Source: a virus (taxonomy: Duplodnaviria > Caudoviricetes). From it: a stretch of 64,000 bases of DNA. The stretch spans positions 19,923 to 83,922 of IMG/VR virus record IMGVR_UViG_3300042521_003909; one strand, written 5' to 3'. The position numbers and the translations under genes are program-made. A model generated the notes under the pieces. That model ran no database searches. It worked only from the letters and a program-made list of their open reading frames with translations, and was not told where the DNA came from. Shown here in pieces: positions 9,999 to 19,919 of this stretch. Position 1 is the stretch's first letter, and every line of letters starts with the position of its first letter.

Positions 9999-10331
9999 AT
10001 GTCAGAAAATATTGTAAAACTTGATACTGATAATTTTGACAAAGAAATTTATCAGAGTGATACTCCTTGTTTTGTTCAGTTCAGCACGCCGTGGTGTGCT
10101 CCGTGCAGAACCTTTGCGCCTATCATGGCTTCTTTATCTGAGCAGTTTAATGGCAAGTGCAAATTTGGAAAAATCGATGCAGAAGAAAATATGGAACTAG
10201 CATATAAGTTTAATATTTCTTCTGTTCCAACTATGCTAATATTTAAAAAAGATCAAGTGGTTGAGCGAATAAATGGACTGGTTCCTAGAGATAATCTAGT
10301 ATCAAAAATAGAAAACGTTTTACAATCATAA
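9999..10331 (+). CDS. trxA: Thioredoxin
   Basis: WCAPC active site and SSVPT cis-Pro motif. Confidence 0.92.
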   Translation: MSENIVKLDTDNFDKEIYQSDTPCFVQFSTPWCAPCRTFAPIMASLSEQFNGKCKFGKIDAEENMELAYKFNISSVPTMLIFKKDQVVERINGLVPRDNLVSKIENVLQS

Positions 10332-10347
10332 GTAAGATTGGATAAAA

Positions 10348-11343
10348 ATGCAAAAAACAGCGATTATCACAGGCGTCAATGGTCAGGATGGATCTTACCT
10401 TTCAGAGCTACTGCTATCGAAAGGTTACAGAGTAATAGGGCTGAAGAGAAGAACTTCAACTATTAATACATCTAGAGTAGATCATTTGATGTCTCACCCA
10501 GATTTTATATTGCGTTATTATGACTTGCAAGATGGACCATGCATAACTCACCTTCTTGGCTCATGTCATGTTGATGAACTTTACAATCTGGCTGCACAGT
10601 CTCATGTGGGGGTGTCTTTTGAAATTCCAGAATACACATCATACGGGATATGCCAAGGAACCTTAAAGATACTTGAGGCAATACGCGCATCAAGTCCTCA
10701 TACAAAGTTCTACCAAGCATCTTCTTCTGAAATGTTTGGAGACAGTACTGATTATGATGACAATCAGGCTTTTAATGAGAATAGTAAAATGTTACCTGTA
10801 TCCCCATATGCATGCTCAAAGCTGCATGCGCATCACATGACTCGTGTTTACAGAAATGCATACGGTATGCATGCGTCTTCCGGCATACTGTTTAATCATG
10901 AAAGCCCTCGTCGTGGTGAAACTTTTGTAACACGCAAAATCACAATTGCTGCTGCAAAGATTAAGCTTGGCATGCAAAGAAAGTTGAGTCTAGGCAATCT
11001 TGATGCTAAAAGAGATTGGGGTCATGCAGCAGATTATGTTGAAGCCATGTGGCTTATGCTTCAGCACGATTTTGGCGATGACTACGTGATCGCTACGAAT
11101 GAAACTTACACTGTACGTGACTTCTTGAAGGTAGTTTTTGATCACGCTGGACTAGGAAGCTATGAGCAATATGTAGTAATAGACCAAAGACTTTTCCGTC
11201 CAAATGAAGTTCCTTTCTTAAAAGGAAATCCCGCAAAGGCAAAGTCAGTTTTGGGATGGAAGCCGAAGTACAACATGGAATCGCTAGCAATCAGCATGTT
11301 TGATGAAGACATGAAAAATTTAACAGAAAAGGTTTTAAGATGA
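10348..11343 (+). CDS. gmd: GDP-mannose 4,6-dehydratase
   Basis: ITGVNGQDGSYL, NLAAQSHV, YQASSSE, SPYACSK, FNHESPRRGETFVTRKI, RDWGHA. Confidence 0.96.
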   Translation: MQKTAIITGVNGQDGSYLSELLLSKGYRVIGLKRRTSTINTSRVDHLMSHPDFILRYYDLQDGPCITHLLGSCHVDELYNLAAQSHVGVSFEIPEYTSYGICQGTLKILEAIRASSPHTKFYQASSSEMFGDSTDYDDNQAFNENSKMLPVSPYACSKLHAHHMTRVYRNAYGMHASSGILFNHESPRRGETFVTRKITIAAAKIKLGMQRKLSLGNLDAKRDWGHAADYVEAMWLMLQHDFGDDYVIATNETYTVRDFLKVVFDHAGLGSYEQYVVIDQRLFRPNEVPFLKGNPAKAKSVLGWKPKYNMESLAISMFDEDMKNLTEKVLR

Positions 11344-11747
11344 GTAAGAAAAAAGATAATTCGAAAAAAGTTAATGGGAAGAAGCATGCAAAGAAAGAGG
11401 TTAAGAAGAAGGAAAAGAAGACTTCAAAGACAGCACAATCTAAGCCTATGAAACCTCAGTTTGTATGGCCAAAAGAACATGAAGTAAAAGACAATAAGCC
11501 ATGCAATGTCTCTGAGGAAAAGAAGGAAGAAACTTTGATGCCCGAAGAAGCTGGTTTTGCTTCATTTGAGGAACCCAAGCTGAATGGTGATGAAACTCCA
11601 TTTATATTTACAAGTCACGTTTCGGTTGGAACATCTGCAAACTTTGATGAAATTAAAAGCAAGACATCTGAAATTGTTGAAAAAACAAAGAAAGACATCA
11701 AGGGCATGTGGAAAACTTTCATACGAAGGATGAAAGGGCTGGCTTGA
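11340..11747 (+). CDS. Lys-rich hypothetical protein
   Basis: ATGA overlap with gmd; basic N-terminus. Confidence 0.55.
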   Translation: MSKKKDNSKKVNGKKHAKKEVKKKEKKTSKTAQSKPMKPQFVWPKEHEVKDNKPCNVSEEKKEETLMPEEAGFASFEEPKLNGDETPFIFTSHVSVGTSANFDEIKSKTSEIVEKTKKDIKGMWKTFIRRMKGLA

Positions 11748-11779
11748 TTAAAGTTTTTGCAGGTGTATAATAGCCTGTT

Positions 11780-11974
11780 ATGATTCTTAAAGCATACTTT
11801 CTTCCAGTTGCAGCAGCTTTCTGCGTTTTTGCAGTAACTGCTGCAATTTTTATTCACAGCAAATTAAAAAATAAAAAAGTAACTAGAAAAAGTTATTCTG
11901 GAAATTCTTTGTCTTCTCAAATGCTTGACGACATTAAAAAAATAGAGAAGATTCTCTATGATAGTCAGGGATGA
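11780..11974 (+). CDS. Small membrane protein
   Basis: Single N-terminal hydrophobic helix. Confidence 0.45.
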   Translation: MILKAYFLPVAAAFCVFAVTAAIFIHSKLKNKKVTRKSYSGNSLSSQMLDDIKKIEKILYDSQG

Positions 11975-11998
11975 TTTGAGAAATCTTTTGATTACCTG

Positions 11999-12027
11999 TT
12001 GACAAGTATAGACAACATCTCTATACT
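11999..12027 (+). promoter_or_regulatory. sigma70-type promoter of csrA
   Basis: TTGACA-17-TATACT. Confidence 0.6.
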
Positions 12028-12070
12028 ACAAGAGAAGTCACGTGACTCAAACATCAAGCCAAGGAAGGTT

Positions 12071-12262
12071 ATGCAAAAAGAAAAAAACGAAAAGAAGGTT
12101 TTAGTTGTTTCTCGAAAAGTAGGAGAGATTGTGGTGATTGGCGACAGCGCCAGCCCTCTTGGAGAGATTGAAGTTGTTCGAATTGACGGGGGTAAGGTAA
12201 GAATTGCATTGAGGTTTCCTGAAGACATCAGGATCAACCGTAAAGAGATTGCGTTAGCGTAA
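12071..12262 (+). CDS. csrA: Carbon storage regulator CsrA/RsmA homolog
   Basis: VLVVSRKVGEIVVIGD..IEVVRIDGGKVRIA..PEDIRINRKEI matches the CsrA pattern. Confidence 0.85.
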   Translation: MQKEKNEKKVLVVSRKVGEIVVIGDSASPLGEIEVVRIDGGKVRIALRFPEDIRINRKEIALA

Positions 12263-12287
12263 TAAGTTTTTTCATTTAGATTTTTGA

Positions 12288-12318
12288 AGGCTGCACATGA
12301 ATATGTGCGGCCTTTTTA
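12288..12318 (+). terminator. Intrinsic terminator
   Basis: AGGCTGCACAT/ATGTGCGGCCT stem followed by a T-tract. Confidence 0.65.
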
Positions 12319-12362
12319 TCTTTTTAGAACAGTGTTGGATATAGGTGTATAGGAGATACTTC

Positions 12363-12992
12363 ATGGGAGCAAATGATCCTGTAGCCACATACCTTATCAT
12401 TGAGCATTCTGGTGAAAAATACTATTCATACCGTGAAAGTAAGGAACACTTTGCTGTTGCGGAAGAATCGAGAAGAGCCTCTGGGCTTAAAAGGCTTTCA
12501 GAAACTCTTTTAGATGAAGACTGTGATCTTTCACATCTTCCCGCCAATACGTACATTGTGATTAATCTTGATTCTCAAAATGCTTGCATTGCTTCAAGAG
12601 AAGAAGTACTTATGAAAGATTTTTGGGGTGAAAAGTGTGAAGATTTTGAGGGCAAGTGTGCTGGATGTATCGCATGGCAGATTTTTGAGTCTACGGGCAC
12701 TGTCCCCTTGTCAGATGAAGTTTCTGACAAAGTGAAAATGAATAAGAATAATGGAAAGCTTGCCACATGGGACTACAGAGTTGTTAGATCAGTTTGTCCT
12801 ACGAGTGGCGAAGAAAGCTTTGCAATTTATGAAGTCTACTATGACAAATGCGGCAGACCAGAGAGTCGCACCGCAGATCCTGTCGCTGCATTTGGCAATA
12901 ATTTGAAAGAATTGAAGAAAGACATGAAATACATGAAAAAGGCACTGAAAGAGCCTGTATTGGACGATTCAATCTTTAACGAGGAAAAATAA
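12363..12992 (+). CDS. Hypothetical protein
   Basis: AGGAG RBS; C-terminal WDYRV..AIYEVYYD domain. Confidence 0.6.
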   Translation: MGANDPVATYLIIEHSGEKYYSYRESKEHFAVAEESRRASGLKRLSETLLDEDCDLSHLPANTYIVINLDSQNACIASREEVLMKDFWGEKCEDFEGKCAGCIAWQIFESTGTVPLSDEVSDKVKMNKNNGKLATWDYRVVRSVCPTSGEESFAIYEVYYDKCGRPESRTADPVAAFGNNLKELKKDMKYMKKALKEPVLDDSIFNEEK

Positions 12993-12993
12993 A

Positions 12994-13458
12994 ATGGCTT
13001 TAAACTTTGGAACATTCGGAACTTCTAGACTTTACGGAACTGGTAATTTTTTACATCAGTCAAACGCAGAAGGCTCTACCTATCTAGACTTTGCGTATAC
13101 ACTTCCGCTTTCTTTTACTCCATCTTTTGAGCACCCAGTTCCAACTGATGAAGGAATCTATCAGCCCACTGTAGGACATTCATATCCTAATGTGCTTTTT
13201 ACTGGATTCGCTGACGGTTTTTGGGTGCACAGAGTTTTTCTTGAAGGACGATTGGTAAAAACATTTACACTTGTTGATCAGCAGTTTGCAATACCAATAC
13301 AGTTTGATTTTGTTGAAAGCGTGTGCTTGCAGACATCTACAGAATTAGATGGAGGTGATATAGACGGAAAATGTCCCGATGTTCCAGGCCCTGCCAGTAT
13401 TGTTACCTTGTGCGCAGGTCTAGCACTAATTATGGGTAAGCGCAGTAGACGTTTTTAA
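12994..13458 (+). CDS. Protein with PEP-CTERM-like sorting signal
   Basis: C-terminus VPGPASIVTLCAGLALIMGKRSRRF: VPxP, hydrophobic helix, Arg cluster. Confidence 0.7.
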   Translation: MALNFGTFGTSRLYGTGNFLHQSNAEGSTYLDFAYTLPLSFTPSFEHPVPTDEGIYQPTVGHSYPNVLFTGFADGFWVHRVFLEGRLVKTFTLVDQQFAIPIQFDFVESVCLQTSTELDGGDIDGKCPDVPGPASIVTLCAGLALIMGKRSRRF

Positions 13459-13634
13459 TTAAACGCACCTTTCTGCTGTCACACACTGTGCGTAAAAAGT
13501 CGATAATTGAATATGGACCCGATACTGCAATTAGCAATTATTCTTGTTTGTGGCGCACTCGGAACTGTAATTATAATTAATGAAGTGCCAAGAAACGTAA
13601 TAAAAGCAAAAAGAAAAAGTAAGGTAAAAAGCAA

Positions 13635-13982
13635 ATGAAAGTAGTTATAGCTGGGTCGAGAGGTATTAACGACAAAAATGTCGTTAATCAGGCTATTAAA
13701 GACTCTGGTTTTAAAATCACAGAAATACTTTGTGGCTGTGCAAAGGGAGTGGACAGTCTAGGTAGAGATTACGGTCTGCAAAATAATATTCCAGTTGCTG
13801 AATTTCCAGCAAACTGGACTAAGTACGGAAATGCAGCTGGCATTATGAGAAATATCGTTATGTCTAAAAAGTGCGATGCTCTCATTGCTATTTGGGACGG
13901 CCACTCAAGAGGCACGAAGCACATGATTGAGTGTGTTGAAAAACTAAAACTTCCTAGTTATGTAAAAATAATCGAAACATAA
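13635..13982 (+). CDS. SLOG-family (YspA/DUF2493-like) protein
   Basis: VVIAGSR, GCAKGVD, AGIMRN and WDGHSRGTKHMI motifs. Confidence 0.8.
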   Translation: MKVVIAGSRGINDKNVVNQAIKDSGFKITEILCGCAKGVDSLGRDYGLQNNIPVAEFPANWTKYGNAAGIMRNIVMSKKCDALIAIWDGHSRGTKHMIECVEKLKLPSYVKIIET

Positions 13983-14643
13983 TTTTTCATATTGTGGCAC
14001 TGAAACAGTGATGCATGGATACTTAAATATGCACAATCAAATTGCGAAAGAAAGGAAGTGCATCATGGAAAAAGTTTCAACACATTTCGTTGCCAATTTT
14101 TCGACTGAAGAAATTCCTCAAAGTGTAATCGGTCTTTGGAGAAACTGGATTTTTTGTGGTTCTATAAGCCCGATTTTAGATTATGGTCACGAAAAAGATA
14201 TAGCAAAGGCACTGGAAAAAAGTGCGAATGACGAAAACAAAATTTCAAGGAGAAAATAATGAACACAACTAAAAATGAAAACTCATCAGAAACTGAAGTA
14301 GCTCGCCTCAATTCCATCATATCTGAGGCACTGAATAAGCTTGAAAAAGCACCAAGCAACCTTTTTACAACTTCAAGGCACGCAATATTTATTTATGAAT
14401 TAGAAGAGATTTTGAGAAAAGCGTAATGAAATGAAGTACATCAAAAGTCTGTTGGAAGCTAAAAAGGTAAGACCAATAGAAGTTGTTATGTCTGTCACGG
14501 ACATAGCAATTGACGGATTTTTAACTATGTGTATTTTAGCTATCATATTGGCACTTATTAGTTGGACTTTCAAATAATAACGTATTTTATGAAATGAAGA
14601 TTGCATTGATCACGAATGTATTGTTTAATAACTGGTCAAAAAC

Positions 14644-15207
14644 ATGATAAATGCAAAAGAGACACGTAATATCATAGATCATTATGCATACTGGAAAGAC
14701 GACGCTATTAGAGCTGATCTTAATGACAAGCGTTTTGATTATTCAGTTGTCTGCTGCAACATTGGGAATGATTTTAATATTGCAACCGTTATTCGTAACG
14801 CTAATGCGTTTTTGGCGAAAGAAGTAGTCATTTATGGAAACAAAAAGTACGACAGGCGTGGGACCGTTGGAACTCATAACTACACTAATTTTCGTCATGT
14901 TAAGTCTGTTGACGATCTATCTGCTTACTTTTGCTCATTGGGCGGATTACATGGTTGCAAAAAGATCAAAATAGTCGGTATAGACAATGTTGAGAATTCA
15001 GAAAACATAAACGATTTTTTATTTGAACCCTCAGTTTACTATGTTCTGATTTTTGGCCAAGAGCAGATAGGTATACCTCAAGAGGTGCTTGAAGTGTGCG
15101 ATAATGTCCTATACATTCCTCAGTATGGATCAGTTCGGAGCATCAATGTTGGCTCCGCAAGCGCAATCGCCATGAACGCATACTGCGCCGCCTGCGCCAT
15201 CGTGTAA
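14644..15207 (+). CDS. SpoU/TrmH-family RNA methyltransferase
   Basis: NIATVIRNANAF, FGQEQIG and IPQYGSVRSINVGSA SPOUT motifs. Confidence 0.88.
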   Translation: MINAKETRNIIDHYAYWKDDAIRADLNDKRFDYSVVCCNIGNDFNIATVIRNANAFLAKEVVIYGNKKYDRRGTVGTHNYTNFRHVKSVDDLSAYFCSLGGLHGCKKIKIVGIDNVENSENINDFLFEPSVYYVLIFGQEQIGIPQEVLEVCDNVLYIPQYGSVRSINVGSASAIAMNAYCAACAIV

Positions 15208-15231
15208 TCTACAAAAAGTACAGTACGGGGC

Positions 15232-15260
15232 TTGACAAAGCCCGCCTCCTGCACTACCTT
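15232..15260 (+). promoter_or_regulatory. sigma70-type promoter, leaderless
   Basis: TTGACA-17-TACCTT, ATG 6 nt downstream (15267). Confidence 0.5.
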
Positions 15261-15266
15261 GTAGTC

Positions 15267-15527
15267 ATGTCAATGGCACAAGTAATGGAGCGCATGTCCT
15301 CCAAAGGCTACAGGTTTGCGGTTGGGATGATGACGCCAACTGCTATTCAATTACTTTTCCCTAATTTTAATCCTTGCACTGGGCCGACGATGGTTCCCAT
15401 GTGGGTGCGAGAAGAAAAAGACGGGTATGTGTTCTGCGTGCTTGGCTCTGAGCCCACAGAGAATCATCCTGAAAAGAAATTGCCACGTAGTTACTTTCTT
15501 AATCTCAACATTTTGCCCAAGCAATGA
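15267..15527 (+). CDS. Hypothetical protein
   Basis: ORF behind promoter; ATGA-coupled to the next gene. Confidence 0.55.
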   Translation: MSMAQVMERMSSKGYRFAVGMMTPTAIQLLFPNFNPCTGPTMVPMWVREEKDGYVFCVLGSEPTENHPEKKLPRSYFLNLNILPKQ

Positions 15528-16006
15528 GAAAACCATATACTGAGCAAGAATGGATTGTAAGAGGCAGAGAGCTTCTTTCAAGCAAATCCATTCAAAGTGC
15601 TGACGGCTGTATCTTATGGAATGGCTATGTCCACAAGACTTGTGGATATGGCGTTCAAAAATTCATGGGAATGCCACGAGATGTTCGTCGTGTTGCTCTT
15701 ATCTGCGCTGGTATGCAGCACAAAAAAGGAGTAGTAATTCCGTCATGCGGCAATAGACTGTGCATTAATCCTGAACATTTGTCACTTGTGAATCGACAGG
15801 TGTGGCGCGAAAAAAGATTTCCAACTGTTTTCCCTATTGGGGCAGGAGAGAAAAATGGTCGTGCAAGGCTTAATGAAAGTCTTGTTCGCAAGATGAGAAA
15901 AGACCGTGATGTCGGCAAGAAAGTCTCTGAACTTTCTGAAGAGTACGGGGTTTCAGAAAGCACTGTGCGAGAAATCCTAAGTAAAAATCTTTGGAAGCAT
16001 TGCTAG
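15524..16006 (+). CDS. HNH homing-endonuclease-like protein with C-terminal HTH (possibly degenerate)
   Basis: CILWNG..CGNRLCINPEHL Zn loop; GEKNGRARL; LSEEYGVSESTVREI HTH. Confidence 0.7.
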   Translation: MRKPYTEQEWIVRGRELLSSKSIQSADGCILWNGYVHKTCGYGVQKFMGMPRDVRRVALICAGMQHKKGVVIPSCGNRLCINPEHLSLVNRQVWREKRFPTVFPIGAGEKNGRARLNESLVRKMRKDRDVGKKVSELSEEYGVSESTVREILSKNLWKHC

Positions 16007-16018
16007 CAGGAGTAGATC

Positions 16019-16777
16019 ATGGAAGAACCTGATTTTGGCATCGAAGTCACCACTTCTCCCTTTGATGGAATGCACGATGGTGATAAGATTTCCGATTGGA
16101 TGGATCGTCGCGAGGACGGAGCCAGCATCAAGGAACTGTTGGAGGTGATCTCTGACAGAACCTTTACGGCAATGGATTCTTATAGGAAAGAAAATAACCA
16201 AGATATGCCTCCACACGCGACTGCTTTCTACAGTGGTGGAGTTGCTTTTATTTCTCCCAATAAGCTTGGTTGCATTGAAGAAAAAGACTTATTTTTTGAA
16301 GCCACTTCTCAGATCATCTATAAGGTCGCAGAAGACTTTGAAGATCAGCCGATTGTTGTTACTTTTGCATCAACAGCATGGTCTTGCTTTATGCGCAAGG
16401 AGCATGCGGAAGACTTGGATAAAATGTGTGCAGAAAAGAAAATTCCTATCAGTTCTCAAGAATTGAAGAGCGCGCTTGTGGAGCAAGTTGTTAGAGATCA
16501 TGGCTCCATGGAACAGGTCCCAGCAGATCATCCGTTCGTTTTGAAAATGGAAGTCATGGTTTTTACTTTTCATTTTCTTTCAATGGACGGGCCTATCTGT
16601 ATCAGTCAATTTCGTCCCGTTAATCAGGGTGACGCAAGAATGATTGAAGATTGTCATTTGCCGTTTTTCAACATCTTTCGTGTCGATAAGCACTTTGGGC
16701 ACAATCGCGTAAACTTTGATGTGAGCAATTACGAGCCTGTCAACTTCAAGGATTCGGAGTTTTCAAATCAGGATTAA
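16019..16777 (+). CDS. Hypothetical protein
   Basis: AGGAG RBS; 252-aa ORF. Confidence 0.65.
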   Translation: MEEPDFGIEVTTSPFDGMHDGDKISDWMDRREDGASIKELLEVISDRTFTAMDSYRKENNQDMPPHATAFYSGGVAFISPNKLGCIEEKDLFFEATSQIIYKVAEDFEDQPIVVTFASTAWSCFMRKEHAEDLDKMCAEKKIPISSQELKSALVEQVVRDHGSMEQVPADHPFVLKMEVMVFTFHFLSMDGPICISQFRPVNQGDARMIEDCHLPFFNIFRVDKHFGHNRVNFDVSNYEPVNFKDSEFSNQD

Positions 16778-16779
16778 AA

Positions 16780-17106
16780 ATGCAGACGGAAAACAAAACT
16801 GTCAAGAAGAAGTCTCTTCCTCACTACGGCAAGAAGCTACCATTTGGTATTTTTTCATTTAGAGTTTGCGTTTCCAAGGACAGGAAAGATGATCTAACCT
16901 CAGCAATCGGCGTGATGCATCATCACATTCGTGATGCATTTAGGTCTATGACAGAAGAAGACGGTAATGTTTGTGCCGAGTTCCGATGTCAGGGAGCCTA
17001 TCGAAGAAAAGCCATCATTAATCATTTTGCTGAAACGCTTCTTGATTTTGTTGTTCAACACTCCACGGACGGCATCCACTTTGGTGCTGCTGAAAGAAAT
17101 GTCTAG
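16780..17106 (+). CDS. Hypothetical protein
   Basis: Operonic spacing. Confidence 0.55.
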   Translation: MQTENKTVKKKSLPHYGKKLPFGIFSFRVCVSKDRKDDLTSAIGVMHHHIRDAFRSMTEEDGNVCAEFRCQGAYRRKAIINHFAETLLDFVVQHSTDGIHFGAAERNV

Positions 17107-17692
17107 TCAAACATGGCTGATTGGTTGCACTCACTTTGGACATGAAGCCATGTACGGCTTCAGGCGATTCAATGGAGAGAAAGTGCGCCCTTTTTCAAGC
17201 GCAGCAGAAGGCGATGCAAAGATGGTGGAGAACTGGAACTCTGCCGTTAAGCCAGGAGACAAGGTGTATGTGCTTGGCGATGTTGCGTTCAAGCCAAAAG
17301 ACATGGAGATTCTTTCAACTCTTCATGGCTCTAAGGTTCTCATCAAGGGTAACCACGACACCATGGACCTGTCCGTCTACAGGAAGTATTTTTACGACAT
17401 TCGTGCCACTCATCAACTTGCTGATGAAGTGCTGTCGCACATCCCACTGCACCCAGGGTCTCTTTACAGGCACCGGAGCAAGACAAACTGGGTTAACATC
17501 CACGCACATCTTCACGCAGAAGCGGTACTGGAGAACTATGATGGCTCCCCAGACGACATTATGAGACCACATGTTTCAGAGGACTTAAGATATTTCTCTG
17601 TATGTGTAGAGAGAATTGGCTATACTCCGATATCTCTTGAAGAAGTGCGAGACAGGATTAAAAAGAGAGGCATAGTTGAAAAGAAGAACTGA
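17099..17692 (+). CDS. Calcineurin-like metallophosphoesterase
   Basis: GCTHFGH, LGDV, GNHD, SHIP and HAHLH motifs; start re-assigned to MSSQTW. Confidence 0.85.
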   Translation: MSSQTWLIGCTHFGHEAMYGFRRFNGEKVRPFSSAAEGDAKMVENWNSAVKPGDKVYVLGDVAFKPKDMEILSTLHGSKVLIKGNHDTMDLSVYRKYFYDIRATHQLADEVLSHIPLHPGSLYRHRSKTNWVNIHAHLHAEAVLENYDGSPDDIMRPHVSEDLRYFSVCVERIGYTPISLEEVRDRIKKRGIVEKKN

Positions 17693-17981
17693 TAGTTCCG
17701 AGCGCATGCACCTCATGGAAACTGGTATCCGTGAGAGAATGGAACTTGATCAAGGTTATTCATTTAACCAGTTGATGTTTGCTGCTTCGGAGCACATTCC
17801 AGAAGGCATCAATTCAACAGAACTGAGCAAAGTAATTGACGACATGATGGCTCGCAGCATCATTATTGCAACGAGCAAAGGTGGTAAGAGTCGTTTCTTA
17901 CCGTTTTTTCACGAAGAAGCAACTTACTTCATCAATCCTTTTGGAGAACTGATGAACAAAGCAAAGGAAGCAAATGGGTAA
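17676..17981 (+). CDS. Small winged-helix-like protein with C-terminal NPFGELMNKAK motif
   Basis: Helix-helix-wing pattern; tail motif shared with neighbours. Confidence 0.6.
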   Translation: MKRRTDSSERMHLMETGIRERMELDQGYSFNQLMFAASEHIPEGINSTELSKVIDDMMARSIIIATSKGGKSRFLPFFHEEATYFINPFGELMNKAKEANG

Positions 17982-18237
17982 TTCTTTGAGTCGTTTGGAA
18001 GAAGACATCATTTGTGCTATCTCTCAGACAAGTAAGATTGATTACGATACGCTGCAGAGATGTTTAATGAAAAAGCACAAAAGTTTGCTCAAGAGAGAGT
18101 TTGAGTACTCTGTCAACAACCTTGTCAGAGAAAATTACGTTGAAAAAACATGTGTAAGAGATGCTCTGGGCAAGGTGTCATGCATTGATTTTTCTCTCAC
18201 GCCTTTTTACGATCTGCTGAGAGCGGCAAAAAACTGA
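17974..18237 (+). CDS. Small winged-helix-like protein with C-terminal TPFYDLLRAAK motif
   Basis: NNLVRENYVEK..FSLTP wing pattern. Confidence 0.6.
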   Translation: MGNSLSRLEEDIICAISQTSKIDYDTLQRCLMKKHKSLLKREFEYSVNNLVRENYVEKTCVRDALGKVSCIDFSLTPFYDLLRAAKN

Positions 18238-18587
18238 AGTTTGCGGTCACTCTGCCACTGGTCGGGATACTGATAGATAAGTATGCACCACGACCTGTTC
18301 ATTTGGTTTTTTGTTATCGGACTCCCATCTGCAATTGCATTCTTGGGATACGCATACGCCAATGAAGTCTGGCCGTTTGATCCCAAAGTTCACTACAGCA
18401 ACGATTGCTTGAGAAAGAGCAGCAATGTCTACTCCAAAAGAAAAATCTGAGTACATCACTCTGTCGATTCCAGTTTCTGCCATCAAGTGCATTGTTCTTG
18501 CTGGCTTCACGGCATGGGGAGTTTGGATTCTCTTCCAGATGGTGAAAATCATCCCCACGATCCCTTCGAAATAAAGGGGATTTTTCC

Positions 18588-18887
18588 GTGAATAAATCCA
18601 GTCCTTCAAGACTAGAGATTCAGGAAATGGCGATTGTTTTTTTGCGCAAAGGCAAATTGACCCTTGGCGAGATGTACGGTCTTTTTGAGGCTTATTACCG
18701 CACAAGTCACACCTCAAGAAGCAGTGAGTATTTTGCGGGAAGAATTATCAATGGTCTTAGTGCACTAGAAAAAAAGGGTGTTATTTTAGAAAGTCGCGCA
18801 GACAACCCGCATAATCCAACCTATGTCATCAACCCGATGTGGGAGATTTTAGACAAGGCTCGCACCGAAGCAGGCATCAAATCATGA
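18588..18887 (+). CDS. Small winged-helix-like protein with C-terminal NPMWEILDKAR motif
   Basis: LSALEKKGVI..YVINP wing pattern. Confidence 0.6.
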   Translation: MNKSSPSRLEIQEMAIVFLRKGKLTLGEMYGLFEAYYRTSHTSRSSEYFAGRIINGLSALEKKGVILESRADNPHNPTYVINPMWEILDKARTEAGIKS

Positions 18888-19291
18888 ATAGTGCCTCTTA
18901 TACAGTTTTAGATGAATTGTACAGAATTTCTAAACTGCTTGATACAGATGCGGGGGCTGTGGAGTTTGCCGTCTTACGTGAAGGCATCTCCAATCAGATT
19001 GAAGACATTGAAAGCGATGTTCTTGACTTTAAGAGAAAAGTCTTGAGCGACTGCGATGATGTCTACGGCATCGTTGCCGGAATAGAGAAGATCAGGATGT
19101 GCTCATCTGCTCGTGACAGCATTATGTCTGTTGTTGAAAAAGCGCAGAAAGACCTTTATTCATGCATCTCTATACTTGATGATGCTGTCAGGAGCATAAA
19201 CCGAGCAAGAAGTGCTGACTCTGCAAAGAGAGCTTCTTCTTATCTCTACGACGCACACCAGTGTCTTTCAGAGGCACTTAGGCTCCTTTAA
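18884..19291 (+). CDS. Hypothetical helical protein
   Basis: ATGA overlap with the previous gene. Confidence 0.55.
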   Translation: MNSASYTVLDELYRISKLLDTDAGAVEFAVLREGISNQIEDIESDVLDFKRKVLSDCDDVYGIVAGIEKIRMCSSARDSIMSVVEKAQKDLYSCISILDDAVRSINRARSADSAKRASSYLYDAHQCLSEALRLL

Positions 19292-19313
19292 TGAATGAGG
19301 CGGGAGTATAAAA

Positions 19314-19823
19314 ATGGATAGCGATTCACGATCAGAAAAAGAGCAAATTGATTCTTTGGTCAAAGCGCTTTCCGAAAATGGAAAAGACGGCAAATCTATT
19401 GATGATTGTTTGCAAGAAGAAAAAGAAAACTTCAAGCAGAGTGCGGAAGACTTTTGGAACAGACTTTCTAACGATGATCGTTTAAGGGCGTTCTATGAAG
19501 TCTGCAAGAGAATCCATGAAGGAGACCTTGTGCACCGTGGCTCTTACAGATACGTTCTGTATCAGATATTTGGATTTGGTCCAGATGCGTACTTTGCAGG
19601 ATTAGAGTGTGGATACATCGACATCCACAACTCCATCATGCCACCTGAAGACATAAAAAAAACAGAGAGCATTATTTCTGCCATGATGGAGGCAAGAGAT
19701 GAGGCAAGACGCGAAGTGTGTGAGTTGAAGTCTCACAACTTTGAGGGAAAGATCTCTCCTCAAAGTTATGCAGCAATGAGGAAGTGGGACTGCTTCCCTG
19801 ACGAATCACAGGGCCAGAAATAG
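19314..19823 (+). CDS. Hypothetical protein
   Basis: GSYRYVLYQIFGF core; C-terminal RDEARRE..WDCF shared with 21619..21996. Confidence 0.65.
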   Translation: MDSDSRSEKEQIDSLVKALSENGKDGKSIDDCLQEEKENFKQSAEDFWNRLSNDDRLRAFYEVCKRIHEGDLVHRGSYRYVLYQIFGFGPDAYFAGLECGYIDIHNSIMPPEDIKKTESIISAMMEARDEARREVCELKSHNFEGKISPQSYAAMRKWDCFPDESQGQK

Positions 19824-19919
19824 CGTCCTGTAATCGGTTCAGTACTTTTTTGAAATCTTGCCGTTTTCTGTGCTCTGAATCTTCAGATGTTGGACCTGTA
19901 TCTATACGAGGCCACAACC

